Positions 1-13,573 of a stretch of 64,000 nucleotides of DNA are shown here, one piece after another (the first letter of the stretch is position 1; every line of letters begins with the position of its first letter). Both the position numbers and the translations under genes were made by a program. The notes beneath the pieces were generated by a model. That model made no database searches, had not been told where the DNA came from, and saw only the letters and a program-made list of their open reading frames with translations. Source of the stretch: Jatrophihabitans sp. (GTDB lineage Bacteria; Actinomycetota; Actinomycetes; Mycobacteriales; Jatrophihabitantaceae); contig NZ_DASVSG010000121.1 in the NCBI RefSeq assembly GCF_036388195.1, positions 35,292 through 99,291 of the forward strand, read 5' to 3'.

Positions 1-65
1 TCCCGCCCGGCGCACGGCCGGCCGCCGCGGATCCGCTGCCGCACGGCATGCGAGACGACAGTTAG

Positions 66-1706
<1,641 letters not shown>

Positions 1707-1737
1707 CCGCCAGCCTGGCCCGCAGCTTCCAGCTGAG

Positions 1738-1779
1738 CAACTCCCCGCTCGCATCGTCCGCTATGCGAGCGGGGAGTTG
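1738..1779. terminator. stem-loop between convergent groEL and whiB
   Basis: perfect 17-bp inverted repeat caactccccgctcgcat / atgcgagcggggagttg. Confidence 0.8.
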
Positions 1780-1784
1780 GCTTC

Positions 1785-2075
1785 TCAGCTGGCGTAGCTC
1801 GCCTGCCTTCTGATCAGCTGGGCACGCTCTTCGGTGGACTTGCCACCCCAGACGCCGTAGGGCTCGCGCGTCTGCAGCGCCCAGTTCAAGCAGGCCTCGG
1901 TCACCGGGCAGCGGGCGCACACCTGTTTGGCGGCCCGCTCGCGGCGTACCCGGGAGGGCCCGCGCTCGTTCTCAGGGTGGAAGAAGGTCGAGGAGTCCAG
2001 GCCTCGGCAGGCGCCTTGCATCTGCCAATCCCAGTCCTCGGCACGCGGCGCTGGCAAGCGCGAGACATCCGCCAT
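1785..2075 (-). CDS. whiB3: WhiB-family Fe-S transcriptional regulator (WhiB3/WhiD-like)
   Basis: WDWQxxGAC...FFHP.ERG...CxxC...C...EPYGVWGG; GGAGGT RBS before ATG 2075; usual position next to groEL1. Confidence 0.9.
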   Translation of the reverse strand: MADVSRLPAPRAEDWDWQMQGACRGLDSSTFFHPENERGPSRVRRERAAKQVCARCPVTEACLNWALQTREPYGVWGGKSTEERAQLIRRQASYAS

Positions 2076-2299
2076 GGTTACCTCCCGAACACGACCCGCA
2101 CCCGAAAAAAGTGCCAAGTGTTCCGATCAACGATCGAGCGCGGGATAGGTGACGCAGAGTGCCCAACTGAGTGCAAGAAATTTCCGGCGACGCCCGTCAG
2201 GCGGTGGGTTCTGCGGGATTTTACCCGTATTGAACACGGCCGGTAGCCATCGCTGAGAGCGCCGTCGGCGCCCGCTAGAGGGTCAGCCGCGCCGCAGGG

Positions 2300-2692
2300 T
2301 CAGCTGCGGTGAGCCAGCGCGTCGGTGAACCCGCGGGCGTAGTCCCAGCTGACGTAGGCGTCGGTGTACGGCTCGGCGGCCGGCTCGTGGACCCCGGTGC
2401 GGCCACTGCCCAGCAGGCTGCGCAGGTTGGCCGCCATCAGCGCCCAGGAGAAGTAGTGCTGCTCGCCGCAGTCGGCACAGTCCACCACGATGCCGTGGAT
2501 CTCGTGCGGGCTCAGGGCCGCCTCGAACTCGATCAGCTCGGCCAGATCGGCGGCGATCTCCTGCAGGTCGGTATCGGTCAGCGGCTCGACCGGGTCCAGA
2601 TCGTCCAGCAGGTTGGACGGATCGTTGGGGTCCCCCAAGAACGGATCCAGCGGTCCGCTGTGCGGATCGGAGAACGAATCGCGAGAGGTCAC
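2300..2692 (-). CDS. DUF5319-like conserved actinobacterial protein
   Basis: DPFxGDPxDP, CxDCGEQHY, HEPA, YVSWDYARG motifs; usual position near guaB. Confidence 0.8.
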   Translation of the reverse strand: MTSRDSFSDPHSGPLDPFLGDPNDPSNLLDDLDPVEPLTDTDLQEIAADLAELIEFEAALSPHEIHGIVVDCADCGEQHYFSWALMAANLRSLLGSGRTGVHEPAAEPYTDAYVSWDYARGFTDALAHRS

Positions 2693-2773
2693 CCGTCAAC
2701 GGTAACGCCCGCGAGCCGGTCCGTTCCAATTCTTGCGGATTTCTTTATGCGGATTTTTTGGGCCCGCGGCTGG

Positions 2774-5392
2774 TCAGAGGTCGGCGATCGCAGCCAGCGG
2801 CGGGGTGCGGGCCGCCCGGACGGCGGGCCACAGCGCCGCCAGCACGCCGACCACCGCGGCCAGCACCAGCATCAGCACCGCCTGGCCGATCGGCGCCGAG
2901 ATCTGGTCCAGGCCCTGCTCACGCAGCGTCCGGACGAACAGCGAGCCGAACGTCAGCCCCAGCGCCACCCCGACGATCGCCCCGAACACCGCGATCAGCA
3001 TCGACTCCAGGTAGATGGTGCGCCGCAGCTGCGGCCGCAGCACCCCGACCGCGCGCAGCATGCCGATCTCGCGGCGGCGCTCGACCACCGACAGCGCCAG
3101 GGTGTTGATGATGCCCAGCACCGCGATCACGATGGCCAGCGCCAGCAAGCCGTACAGCACCGCCAGCAGCGCGTTGATCTGGCGGGCGCCCTCGCCCTTG
3201 AACTCCTCACGGTCCTGCACCTGCACCACCACCAGCGGGTCGGTGGCCTGCTCCAGCCCGGTCCGCAGCGCGGCCAGGTCGGCGCCCGGAGCGGCCTTGA
3301 TCAGCACCACCTCGTCGCTCAGCACCCGGCTCGGGGTCAGCTCGCGGTACAGGCTGCCCGAGGTGAGCCAGTTGCCCATCAGCTGGCTGTTCTCGTAGAT
3401 GCCGCCGACGGTGCCGGTGACGGTCTGCTGGTCGGCGGTCAGCATCGGCACCGTGCTGCCGACGCGCAGGTTGTTGTCGGCGGCCCACTTCTGCGACACC
3501 AGCAGGTTGCGCCCGGTCAGGTCGTCGCTGCCCTGCAGGATCCGGTAGCGCAGCACCTCGGCCAGCGGGCCGTCCACCCCGGTGCCGAACTCGGTCCGGT
3601 TGTCGATCTTCACCTGCGCCGGGTGCAGCGCCACCGTGGCAGCCACCCCGCTCACCTTGGCCACCGCGGGCGCGGCCGCCACCGGGACGCCGATCGCCTC
3701 CGGCCCGGTGAGGATGTAGTCGGCGGTGACGTCGTTGTCGACCAGGCCGTTGATGCTCTTCTTGGCCGAGGCGCCGAACACCGCGATGGTGGTGACCAGC
3801 ATCAGGCCCAGGGTCAGCGCGAAGGCGGTGGCCGCGGTCCGCCGGGGATTGCGCACCGCGTTGGTGCGGGCCAGCCGGCCGACGGTGCCGAACACCGGGC
3901 CGAGGCCGGCGCCGAGCACGCCGATCACCGGACGGGACAGCGCGGGCGCGCCGAGCAGCACGCCCAGGATCAGCCCCAGCGCGCCCAGCCCGATCAGGCC
4001 GGCCGCGCCACCGCCGGGCTTGGCCGTCGCGCCGGCGACCAGGCCTGCCGCTCCGAGCAGGGCGGCTGCCACCCCGAGCGCGGTGCGCCGGCGCAGCGAC
4101 GTCCCGGTCGAGGCGAACTCCTCGCGCATCGCGGCCACCGGAGCGATCTTGGCGGCCCGCCGGGCGGGGGAGTAGGCGCTGAACATGGTGACGCCGATCC
4201 CGATGGCCAGCGCGATCAGCACGGTGCGTGGCCGCAGCTGCAGGGCGCCGGACGGCAGCCCGACGTTGAACGCGTTGAGCAGCGCCCGCAGCCCGTAGGC
4301 AAGGCCCACGCCGCCGGCGATGCCGATGGCGCTGCCGACCAGCCCGACCAGGGCCGCCTCCAGCAGCACCGAGCGGCTCACCTGGCGGCGGCTGGCGCCG
4401 ATCGCCCGCAACAGCGCCAGCTCCCGCAGCCGCTGGGCCACCAGCATCGAGAAGGTGTTGTAGATGATGAAGGTGCCGACCAGCAGCGCGATGGCGCCGA
4501 AGGCGAGCAGGAAGTAGTTGATGAACTTCAGGGCGTTGCTGATGTCCTGCTTGACGTCGTGGCGGACCTGGTCGCCGGTCTTGGCCTTCAGCTCCGGCAG
4601 CGCCTGGGCGATCCGGTCGCGCAGCTCGGTCTGGGAGACGCCGTCGCCGGCCACATCCACATAGCCGACGTGCTTGCCGTCGGTGAACAGCTGCAGCGCC
4701 TGCGGTTGCGGGAACAGGGCGCCGATGTAGCCGCCGGTCTCGGTCTTGGTGTCGTAGATGCCGGTCAGGGTCACGTCCAGGAGCCCTTGCGAGGGCACCA
4801 GCACCTTGGCGCGCGAGCCGACGGTCAGCTTGCCCAGCCTGGCCGCGCCGGGGTTGAGCGCGATCTCGCCCGCCCGGGTCGGCGGCCCGCCGGCCGTGAA
4901 GGTGAACTGGTCGCCGATCTGCTGCTCCCTCGGCAGGTAGGACAGCCCCACGCTGGGCGCGCCGCCGCCCTTGACGGCCTTGCCGTCGGAGCCGAGCAGC
5001 ACGATCTGGCCGGTGATGCCCGGCTCGACCGTCCGGACGCCGGGCACCGCGCGCAGCCGGTCCAGGTCGGTCAGCGGGACGCCGCTGCTGTTGTCGTCCC
5101 GGGCCGAGACCCGGACGTCCACACCTACCGCGGTGTCGTCGAAGATGCCGTCGAAGGTGCGCTGCAGGGTGTCGGTGAACACGAAGGAACCGGCCACGAA
5201 GGCGGTGCCGAGCACCACCGAGAGCACGGTGAGGGCCAGCCGGATCTTGTGCGCGGCCAGGTTGCGCAGCGACACCTTGCGCATCGCCGCGGCCGCGGTG
5301 ACGGCCGGGACGGCTTGCCTGCCGGAGCTGCCGGGCCTGCCGGAGTCGCTGGGCCCGCCGGGTTCGGTCAAGGTGCTGGATGCGGTGGCCAT
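2774..5392 (-). CDS. FtsX/MacB-family ABC transporter permease
   Basis: two FtsX-like halves (QRLRELALLRAIGA; ERRREIGMLRAVG), multiple TM segments. Confidence 0.93.
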   Translation of the reverse strand: MATASSTLTEPGGPSDSGRPGSSGRQAVPAVTAAAAMRKVSLRNLAAHKIRLALTVLSVVLGTAFVAGSFVFTDTLQRTFDGIFDDTAVGVDVRVSARDDNSSGVPLTDLDRLRAVPGVRTVEPGITGQIVLLGSDGKAVKGGGAPSVGLSYLPREQQIGDQFTFTAGGPPTRAGEIALNPGAARLGKLTVGSRAKVLVPSQGLLDVTLTGIYDTKTETGGYIGALFPQPQALQLFTDGKHVGYVDVAGDGVSQTELRDRIAQALPELKAKTGDQVRHDVKQDISNALKFINYFLLAFGAIALLVGTFIIYNTFSMLVAQRLRELALLRAIGASRRQVSRSVLLEAALVGLVGSAIGIAGGVGLAYGLRALLNAFNVGLPSGALQLRPRTVLIALAIGIGVTMFSAYSPARRAAKIAPVAAMREEFASTGTSLRRRTALGVAAALLGAAGLVAGATAKPGGGAAGLIGLGALGLILGVLLGAPALSRPVIGVLGAGLGPVFGTVGRLARTNAVRNPRRTAATAFALTLGLMLVTTIAVFGASAKKSINGLVDNDVTADYILTGPEAIGVPVAAAPAVAKVSGVAATVALHPAQVKIDNRTEFGTGVDGPLAEVLRYRILQGSDDLTGRNLLVSQKWAADNNLRVGSTVPMLTADQQTVTGTVGGIYENSQLMGNWLTSGSLYRELTPSRVLSDEVVLIKAAPGADLAALRTGLEQATDPLVVVQVQDREEFKGEGARQINALLAVLYGLLALAIVIAVLGIINTLALSVVERRREIGMLRAVGVLRPQLRRTIYLESMLIAVFGAIVGVALGLTFGSLFVRTLREQGLDQISAPIGQAVLMLVLAAVVGVLAALWPAVRAARTPPLAAIADL

Positions 5393-5393
5393 C

Positions 5394-6245
5394 TCAGATC
5401 TGCTCGAGGTTCTTCATCCGGTCCAGCACCGAGTCGGCGGTGGGAGCCCGCATCTCGTCCACGATCTCGCCGTCGGCGAGGAACACCACCCGGTCGGCGT
5501 AGCTGGCCGCGCGCGGGTCGTGGGTGACGATCACGACGGTCTGGCCGAGCTGGCTGACCGAGCTGCGCAGGATGCTCATCACCTCGCCGGAGGAGCGCGA
5601 GTCGAGGTTGCCGGTCGGCTCGTCGCCGAAGATGATCTCCGGACGGCCGGCCAGCGCCCGGGCGCAGGCCACCCGCTGCTGCTGGCCGCCGGACAGCTCC
5701 GAGGGCCGGTGGTCGAGCCGGTCGGCCAGGCCCAGGGTGTCGATCACCGACGTCAGCCACGCCTGGTCCTCGGCGCTGCGGCGCCGGCCGGCGATGTCCA
5801 TCGGCAGGGTGATGTTCTCCAGCGCCGTCAGCGTCGGCACCAGGTTGAACGCCTGGAAGACGAAGCCGATCCGGTCCCTGCGGAGCTGGGTCATCTTCTT
5901 GTCCGACAGGCCGGTCAGCTCGGTGTCACCGATCCGCACCGAGCCGGAGCTCGCGGTGTCCAGGCCCGCCAGGCAGTGCATGAGCGTCGACTTGCCCGAG
6001 CCCGAAGGGCCCATGATGGCGGTGAACTCGCCCCGGGCGAAGTCCGCCGAGACCGAGTTCAGGGCGCGCACCTGGGTGTCGCCGCTGCCGTAGATCTTGG
6101 TCAGGCCGATCGCCTGGGCGGCCACGCCGCGCTGCCCGCCGGCCGCACCCGGCGTGCCGTCCGGAGTGCTGCCGTCCGGAGTGCTGCCGTCCGAGGCGCT
6201 GCCGTCCGAGGCGCTGCCGCTCGGGGTGGTGACGGGCGAGTTCAT
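5394..6245 (-). CDS. ABC transporter ATP-binding protein (LolD/MacB type)
   Basis: GPSGSGKS, LSGGQQQR, DEPTGNLD, VTHD. Confidence 0.96.
   Translation of the reverse strand: MNSPVTTPSGSASDGSASDGSTPDGSTPDGTPGAAGGQRGVAAQAIGLTKIYGSGDTQVRALNSVSADFARGEFTAIMGPSGSGKSTLMHCLAGLDTASSGSVRIGDTELTGLSDKKMTQLRRDRIGFVFQAFNLVPTLTALENITLPMDIAGRRRSAEDQAWLTSVIDTLGLADRLDHRPSELSGGQQQRVACARALAGRPEIIFGDEPTGNLDSRSSGEVMSILRSSVSQLGQTVVIVTHDPRAASYADRVVFLADGEIVDEMRAPTADSVLDRMKNLEQI
6152..6220. repeat. 15-bp in-frame tandem repeat in the ATPase N-terminus
   Basis: gctgccgtccgga/gag units encoding (S/T)(A/P)DGS-like repeats. Confidence 0.75.
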
Positions 6246-6370
6246 GAGGCGTGCCTTTCGACTGTTCTCGGGCCCAGGACCGCGTGCCGGGCCGGGAGGT
6301 ATCCACTGCAGCTGAGACTTCCGGATCGGGCTGGGAGTGGGGAGCGGGGAATACCCTGATTTCCCCCTGA

Positions 6371-8206
<1,836 letters not shown>

Positions 8207-8269
8207 CCGGGGCGGCGCTTCGGTGGCGCCCGTGGAACGCACCGGCTGCCCGGCCTCTAGGGTGCGGGC

Positions 8270-9049
8270 ATGACTCTTGCAGGCAACCTCGCGGGCGGCC
8301 TTGCCGACAAGGCCGCCGAACTGCGCCGGCTGCACACCGATCCCGAGCTGCTGGTGCTGGTCAACGTCTGGGATGTGGCCAGCGCCAAGGTGGTCGCCGG
8401 GTTGCCGGGCTGCCGCGCCGTGGCGACCGCCAGCTACTCGATCGCGGCGTCGTACGGCTATCCGGACGGCGAGGTCATGCCCGCGTCGCTGATGATCGAG
8501 GCCGTCGGCCGGATCGCCGCGGCGGTTGCGCTGCCGGTCAGCGCCGACCTCGAGGCCGGCTACGGCGATGTGGGCGAGACGGTCCGCAAGGCTATCGGGG
8601 TCGGTGTGGTCGGGGCCAACATCGAGGATCAGATGCGCCCGCTGGACGAGGCGGTGGCCGGAGTGCGAGCCGCGGTCAGGGCCGGTGAGGCCGAGGGTGT
8701 GCCGTTCGTGCTGAACGCCCGCACCGACGCGTACCTGCTGGGCGATGACCGCGACCCGGCGGACCTGCTGGCCGAGGCGATCGAGCGCGGCCGGGCGTTC
8801 CTGGACGCCGGCGCCGACTGCGTGTTCGTCCCCGGCCGGCTGGACGCGGCGACCGTGCGGCAGCTGGTCGAGGGGATCGGCGAGCGCAAGGTGAGCGTCC
8901 TGGGGCTGCCCGGCACCCCGGAGCCGCGCGAGCTGGCGGAGCTCGGCGTCGCCCGGGTCTCCTTCGGCCCCTGGTCCCAGCGGGTCGCCATGACCTCGCT
9001 CGCTGATGTCGGCGCTGACCTGCTCGCCGGCGCCGGCCTGCCCAGCTAG
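8270..9049 (+). CDS. isocitrate lyase/PEP mutase family protein
   Basis: NVWDVASA, ADLEAGYG, NIED, NARTD, GADCVFVPG. Confidence 0.9.
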   Translation: MTLAGNLAGGLADKAAELRRLHTDPELLVLVNVWDVASAKVVAGLPGCRAVATASYSIAASYGYPDGEVMPASLMIEAVGRIAAAVALPVSADLEAGYGDVGETVRKAIGVGVVGANIEDQMRPLDEAVAGVRAAVRAGEAEGVPFVLNARTDAYLLGDDRDPADLLAEAIERGRAFLDAGADCVFVPGRLDAATVRQLVEGIGERKVSVLGLPGTPEPRELAELGVARVSFGPWSQRVAMTSLADVGADLLAGAGLPS

Positions 9050-9084
9050 GCACGCGACGTCAGCTGACAAGCTTGCCCGGCGGC

Positions 9085-10375
9085 TCATGGCCGGACATTG
9101 CGCTGCGGTTCCTGGCGTGGATCCAGCCACGCCGGCGGGATGAACCAGGGCACGCCGTCGCGCATGGTGATCTGCCAGCCGCCGGTGTCGATCCGGTCAT
9201 GGTGGTAGTCGCAGAGCAGGCAGAGGTTGTCCAGATCGGTCCGGCCGCCTTCGCGCCACGGGATGATGTGATGCCGCTCGGTCCACTCGGGCGGATCGGC
9301 GCAGCCGGGAAAGCTGCAGCCCTGGTCACGCGCGATCAGCGCGAGGGTCTGCTTGTCGCTGGCCACCCGGCGGGTGGTGCCGTAGTTCAGGATGCCGCCC
9401 TTGCTGTTGTGCACGATCCAGGCGATCGCTGCCTGATCGGCAAGCCGGAGTGCCTGGTCGATGCTGAGCTGCTGCCCGTAGCTGGTGGCCGCAAGGCCGG
9501 CGCCGGTGTGGAACTGCTCCGCGGTCATGGTGATCAGCACCGTCGCCGGGACGCCGCCGGCCGCAGGCAGCTCGCCAGCGCGCAGGGCCAGCTTCAGCAC
9601 GGCGCGGAAGGCATCGTGCATCCGCTGCCCGGCAGTGCGCTCGTCCCGCTCGCCGCCGGCCAATGGTTTTGGGTGCGGCCAGCGAGTGCAGCACCGCCAT
9701 CGCCAGGGCCGCGGTCTCGGCGTCTAGGTCGGCGGTAAGCCGGTGCATCCCGTCACCGTTCGGCACGCAGGTCAGGAACCGCCGCCGCTGCTGGCTGCGC
9801 TCCTCGGCCAGCCGCCCGTCGGGATCCAGAATGTCCAGCAACCGGCGGGCGATTCCGGCCAGAGTGGCAGCGTCGAAGCGGCGCGCCTGCTCGACCAGGA
9901 ACGCCTCCGCGTCCGCCTGCTGCTCGACCGGCAACTGGGCAGCACGCAGCCTGGCCATCGCGGAGATGATCACTTCGACCTGCCGTCCGGTGAGGGCGCC
10001 CTCGGCGCGGGCTGCTGCTGTGACGGGCAGCAGTGGGGCCAGCCGCTCGCCGGTCAGGCTGGTCCGCGGCCCGAGCGCGTGGGCGTGCCGCACCCGGGCG
10101 CCACTCTCAGCCGGCGACAGGGTGAGCAGCCCGGCCAGCAATTGCTTCGAACCGCGCAGCACGTATCGACCTGGCAGGTTGCGGGCCTCCAGCTCGGCGA
10201 TCAGCACATGGTCGAGCGCTTCCAGTTGGCGACGGGCCCGCTCGGCCAGCCGCAGCACCTCGAGCACATCGTCATCGGCGAGGCCGGAGAACGAGCACCC
10301 GGCCAGCTCGGCGACAGCTGCAGGCACGGTCGAAGCAGCCAACACCACCGCGTCCGAGCTGGCCATCACCGTCAT
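9085..10375 (-). pseudogene. DUF222/HNH endonuclease (13E12-repeat type), frameshifted near 9667
   Basis: ORF 9326-10375 gives the DUF222 part and ORF 9085-9663 gives RDQGCSFPGC...HHIIPW...NLCLLCDYHH; deleting one A from CCCAAAACC joins them. Confidence 0.85.
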
Positions 10376-10382
10376 ACATCAG

Positions 10383-10404
10383 ACACTAAAGCAAGGGTCT
10401 GACA
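10383..10404 (-). promoter_or_regulatory. RecA-NDp (PafBC-type) DNA-damage promoter, leaderless
   Basis: minus strand TGTCAG-N10-TAGTGT, then 7 nt to ATG 10375. Confidence 0.75.
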
Positions 10405-10488
10405 ATACTGCTCAGCAGAGGATCAGCCGTCTCCACAAGCGGTTTCTTGAACCACGGAGGCCCCGTCAGCCACAGCAACCACAAGCGA

Positions 10489-12465
10489 TCACTCGCCGAT
10501 AGCCGACTCCGGACGCCACAACTCCAACGTAGGAATGCCGGGCGTCTCGAACCCCAGCACCTGCCCGTAGAACGACAGCTCCGCCTCCCGCGAGTGGATC
10601 TGCGTCTCGGCCCGCCGGAAGCCGTGCGACTCACCGGCATAGGCGAGGTACGCGTGCGGAATTCCCTTTGCTATCAGGGCATCCCGGAACATCTCCGACT
10701 GGGACGGCGGCACCACCGGATCGTCCAGGCCCTGCAACAGCAGCACCGGGCACGACAGCCCGTCCACATTGTTCAGCGGCGCGCGCGACTCGTACAGCGG
10801 CAGCGCCTCCGGCAGCGGGCCGATCAGCCCGTCCAGATAACGGGATTCGAAATCGTGGGTGGCCTGGGCGAACTTGACCAGCTCGGCGACGCCGAAGTAG
10901 GACGCGCCGCAGGCGAACACCTTCGTCCCGGTCAGCGCCGCCAGCACCGTCCAGCCACCCGCCGACCCGCCCTGGATCGCCAGCCGGTCCCCGTCGGCCA
11001 GCCCCTCGTCAGCCAGCCCGCGCACCACGGCCACGGTGTCCTCGACGTCCACGACTCCCCACTGCCCGCGCAGCCGTTCCCGGTACTCCCGGCCGTACCC
11101 GGAGGAGCCACCGTAGTTGACGTCGACCACGCCCATCCCGCGGCTGGTCAGGTAGCCGACGGCCAGGTTCACCGTCGGCGACACCCGCGCGGTCGGCCCG
11201 CCGTGCACGAAGGCGACGTACGGCGGCAGCTCACCCTCCGGCGCCTGGAAGTCCGGGTTGTTCGGCGGGTACACCAGGGCGTGGACGTCACGGCCACCCG
11301 GTCCGGTGAAGGTCATCGGCCGCGCGTCGGGCAGGTAGGCCATCGGCGGCAGCTCATCATTGCTCAGCCGCACGTCGGTCAGCTCGCCGGTGCTCAGGTC
11401 CAGCGTCCGCAGCCCGGTGTCGGTCCGGGCGCCACCGCAGGTCAGCACCGCGTGGCCGTCCGACGTGCTGTCCAGCCCGATCGTGGTCACGTCACCGAGG
11501 TCGATGTCGGTCAGCTCGCCGGTCGCCGGGTCCAGCACCGCCAGCCGGTCCAGGCCCAAGGTCCGGACGGTCAGCAGCCGGCCGTCGCCCAAGGGGAAGT
11601 ACCAGTGGCGCCCGAGCTGCCACAGCGGGCCGGCGAAGTCCTCCGAGCGGGGGCAGAGCGGTTGCGGGGACGCGCCGTCGGCCAACGCGACCCGGTACAG
11701 GTTCCACCAGCCGGACCGGTCGCTGATCACGAACAGGCTGTTCTCGTCGGCCCATTCCGGCTGCAGCACCGACTCGGTGGTCGAGCCCATCAGGGTCCGC
11801 CACGGCCCGCAGACGCCGTCGGAGGTCAGCTCGGCCACCCGCAGCTCGGTGCCGTCCCACGGCATCTGCGGATGCTCCCAGGCGATCCAGGCCAGCGTGC
11901 TGCCGTCCGGTGACACCCGCGCGTGTGCCAGGAAGTGCGAGCCGGACACCACCGACCGGATCCGGGACGGGTCCTCGGCGGCCGAGCCGTCCAGCGGCAC
12001 CGCGCAGACGTCACGGGTGATCGCGCCGTCGGCCTGGTGGCTCTCGCGGATGCACCACACCTCGGCGCCGTCGGCGGACAGCTGCGGCTCGGCATAGCGC
12101 AGGCTGGCGGGCTCGGGGCCCACCGGGGTCAGCGGCTCCGGCTCGGACGCCCCCGCGGCCAGCCGGTACAGCCGCTGGTCGGTGAACTCGGCGAACAGCA
12201 GGCTGCCGTCCGGGCCGGCCGTCCAGGACGCGCCGCCGTACTCGTGCACCCGGGTCCGGGCGTTCCACGGCGCCGGCAGGATGTCCTCGGGCTCGCCGTC
12301 GGCGCCGAGCCTGCGGACGGACTGGCGGCCGGCCTCGGCGGGCCGCGCCTCGGTCCACCACAGCTGACCGCCGACATAGCGTCCGCCGCCGACCGGATGC
12401 TGGCTGCGGACCAGGTCGGCCGCGCTGATCGGTGAGGTCCACGAACCGTAAGGGGCTGTCTGCAT
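10489..12465 (-). CDS. S9 prolyl oligopeptidase/acylaminoacyl peptidase
   Basis: APYGSWxSP start, HGGP, GGSAGG nucleophile, QGLDDPVV, ESHGF. Confidence 0.94.
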   Translation of the reverse strand: MQTAPYGSWTSPISAADLVRSQHPVGGGRYVGGQLWWTEARPAEAGRQSVRRLGADGEPEDILPAPWNARTRVHEYGGASWTAGPDGSLLFAEFTDQRLYRLAAGASEPEPLTPVGPEPASLRYAEPQLSADGAEVWCIRESHQADGAITRDVCAVPLDGSAAEDPSRIRSVVSGSHFLAHARVSPDGSTLAWIAWEHPQMPWDGTELRVAELTSDGVCGPWRTLMGSTTESVLQPEWADENSLFVISDRSGWWNLYRVALADGASPQPLCPRSEDFAGPLWQLGRHWYFPLGDGRLLTVRTLGLDRLAVLDPATGELTDIDLGDVTTIGLDSTSDGHAVLTCGGARTDTGLRTLDLSTGELTDVRLSNDELPPMAYLPDARPMTFTGPGGRDVHALVYPPNNPDFQAPEGELPPYVAFVHGGPTARVSPTVNLAVGYLTSRGMGVVDVNYGGSSGYGREYRERLRGQWGVVDVEDTVAVVRGLADEGLADGDRLAIQGGSAGGWTVLAALTGTKVFACGASYFGVAELVKFAQATHDFESRYLDGLIGPLPEALPLYESRAPLNNVDGLSCPVLLLQGLDDPVVPPSQSEMFRDALIAKGIPHAYLAYAGESHGFRRAETQIHSREAELSFYGQVLGFETPGIPTLELWRPESAIGE

Positions 12466-12568
12466 GAGGCAGATCATGCCTGGTGCCGGGCGCGCCTGCC
12501 GCACGGACCTGAAAACGGCCGCTCATGGCTGAAACGACGACCGCTCAGGCTTGGGGACGGCGTGCCGC

Positions 12569-13054
12569 TCAGGCGCCGGCGAAGCCGTGCTGGCGCCAGG
12601 CCTCGTAGGCGGCCACCGCGGCAGCGTTGGACAGGTTCAGCGACCGGCGGCCGGCCAGCATCGGTATCCGCAGCTCGCCGCTGATCCGCCGGTCGGCCAG
12701 CACGGCATCGGGCAGCCCGGTCGGCTCGGCCCCGAACAGCAGCACGTCCCCGGGCTGGTAGCTGACGTCGGTGAACCGGGTGGCGGCTCGGGTGGTGAAG
12801 GCGAAGACCCGGGGCCGGGGTGAACCGGCGGGCGGCCTGGTCGCCCACGCCGCCCAGGCGGCCTCGAGGTCCGGATGGACGATCACCGAGGCCAGGTCGT
12901 GGTAGTCCAGGCCGGCCCGGCGCAGCTTGGCGTCGGACAGGTCGAAGCCCAGCGGTCCGATCAGGTGCAGCTCGCTGCCGGTCGCGGCGACCAGCCGGAT
13001 GGCGTTGCCGGTGTTGGGCGGGATCTTCGGCTCCAGGAAGGCGATCCGGAACAT
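12569..13054 (-). CDS. trmL: tRNA (cytidine(34)-2'-O)-methyltransferase, SpoU family
   Basis: IPPNTGNAIRL, LRRAGLDY, FGAEPTGL, RSLNLSN. Confidence 0.92.
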   Translation of the reverse strand: MFRIAFLEPKIPPNTGNAIRLVAATGSELHLIGPLGFDLSDAKLRRAGLDYHDLASVIVHPDLEAAWAAWATRPPAGSPRPRVFAFTTRAATRFTDVSYQPGDVLLFGAEPTGLPDAVLADRRISGELRIPMLAGRRSLNLSNAAAVAAYEAWRQHGFAGA

Positions 13055-13494
13055 CAAGAGCCCGCCTGCTCGCCCGCAGCGGGACGGCCCGCCTGCTCGC
13101 CTGAGGAGGCGCGGATGGGCGGCGCCCAGGACGGCCGCGGGATCAGGCAGAACGGATGCCCGGCCGGGTCGGCGTACACCCGCCAGCCCTGGTCCAGGTC
13201 GTCGATCGGCAGCCGGCGGGCGCCCAGGGCCAGCACCAGCGGGTCGGCCGCGTCCACATCGTCGACCATCACGTCCAGGTGCAGTTGCTGCGGACGCGCC
13301 GGATCGGGCCAGTCCGGCGCCTGGTAGCCCGCCACCCGCTGGAACGCCAGCCCCGAGGTCCGGGAGTCCGCGGCGACCACCACCCAGATGTCGTGCCGCC
13401 AGGTGACCGGCCAGCCGAGCAGCTCGGAGTAGAACCGCGCCAGGACGTCCGGATCGGGGCAGTCCAGCACGATGTGGTGCAGCCGTCCGATCAT
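13054..13494 (-). CDS. VOC/glyoxalase family protein
   Basis: IVLDCPDP..LARFY, LAFQRV, HLDV, DPAGHPFCL; TGATG overlap with trmL. Confidence 0.88.
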   Translation of the reverse strand: MIGRLHHIVLDCPDPDVLARFYSELLGWPVTWRHDIWVVVAADSRTSGLAFQRVAGYQAPDWPDPARPQQLHLDVMVDDVDAADPLVLALGARRLPIDDLDQGWRVYADPAGHPFCLIPRPSWAPPIRASSGEQAGRPAAGEQAGS

Positions 13495-13573
13495 GGTGAG
13501 CAGCCCTCCCTCGAGACCTCGCCGGAACGTGCCCGCACCGGCTCCGGCCGGGCCATAGGGCAGACTTTGGCAC

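Noticed and set aside
2309-5527. 1072-aa plus-strand ORF and similar long antisense ORFs (e.g. 6473-9130, 17192-19159, 55121-57079, 60479-62383)
   Set aside because: These are shadow ORFs opposite well-supported genes, as expected at high GC.
9660-9680. Programmed frameshift in the DUF222/HNH gene
   Set aside because: Joining the frames needs a +1 shift (one extra A), and the paralogue is continuous across this region. A mutation or sequencing error is simpler.
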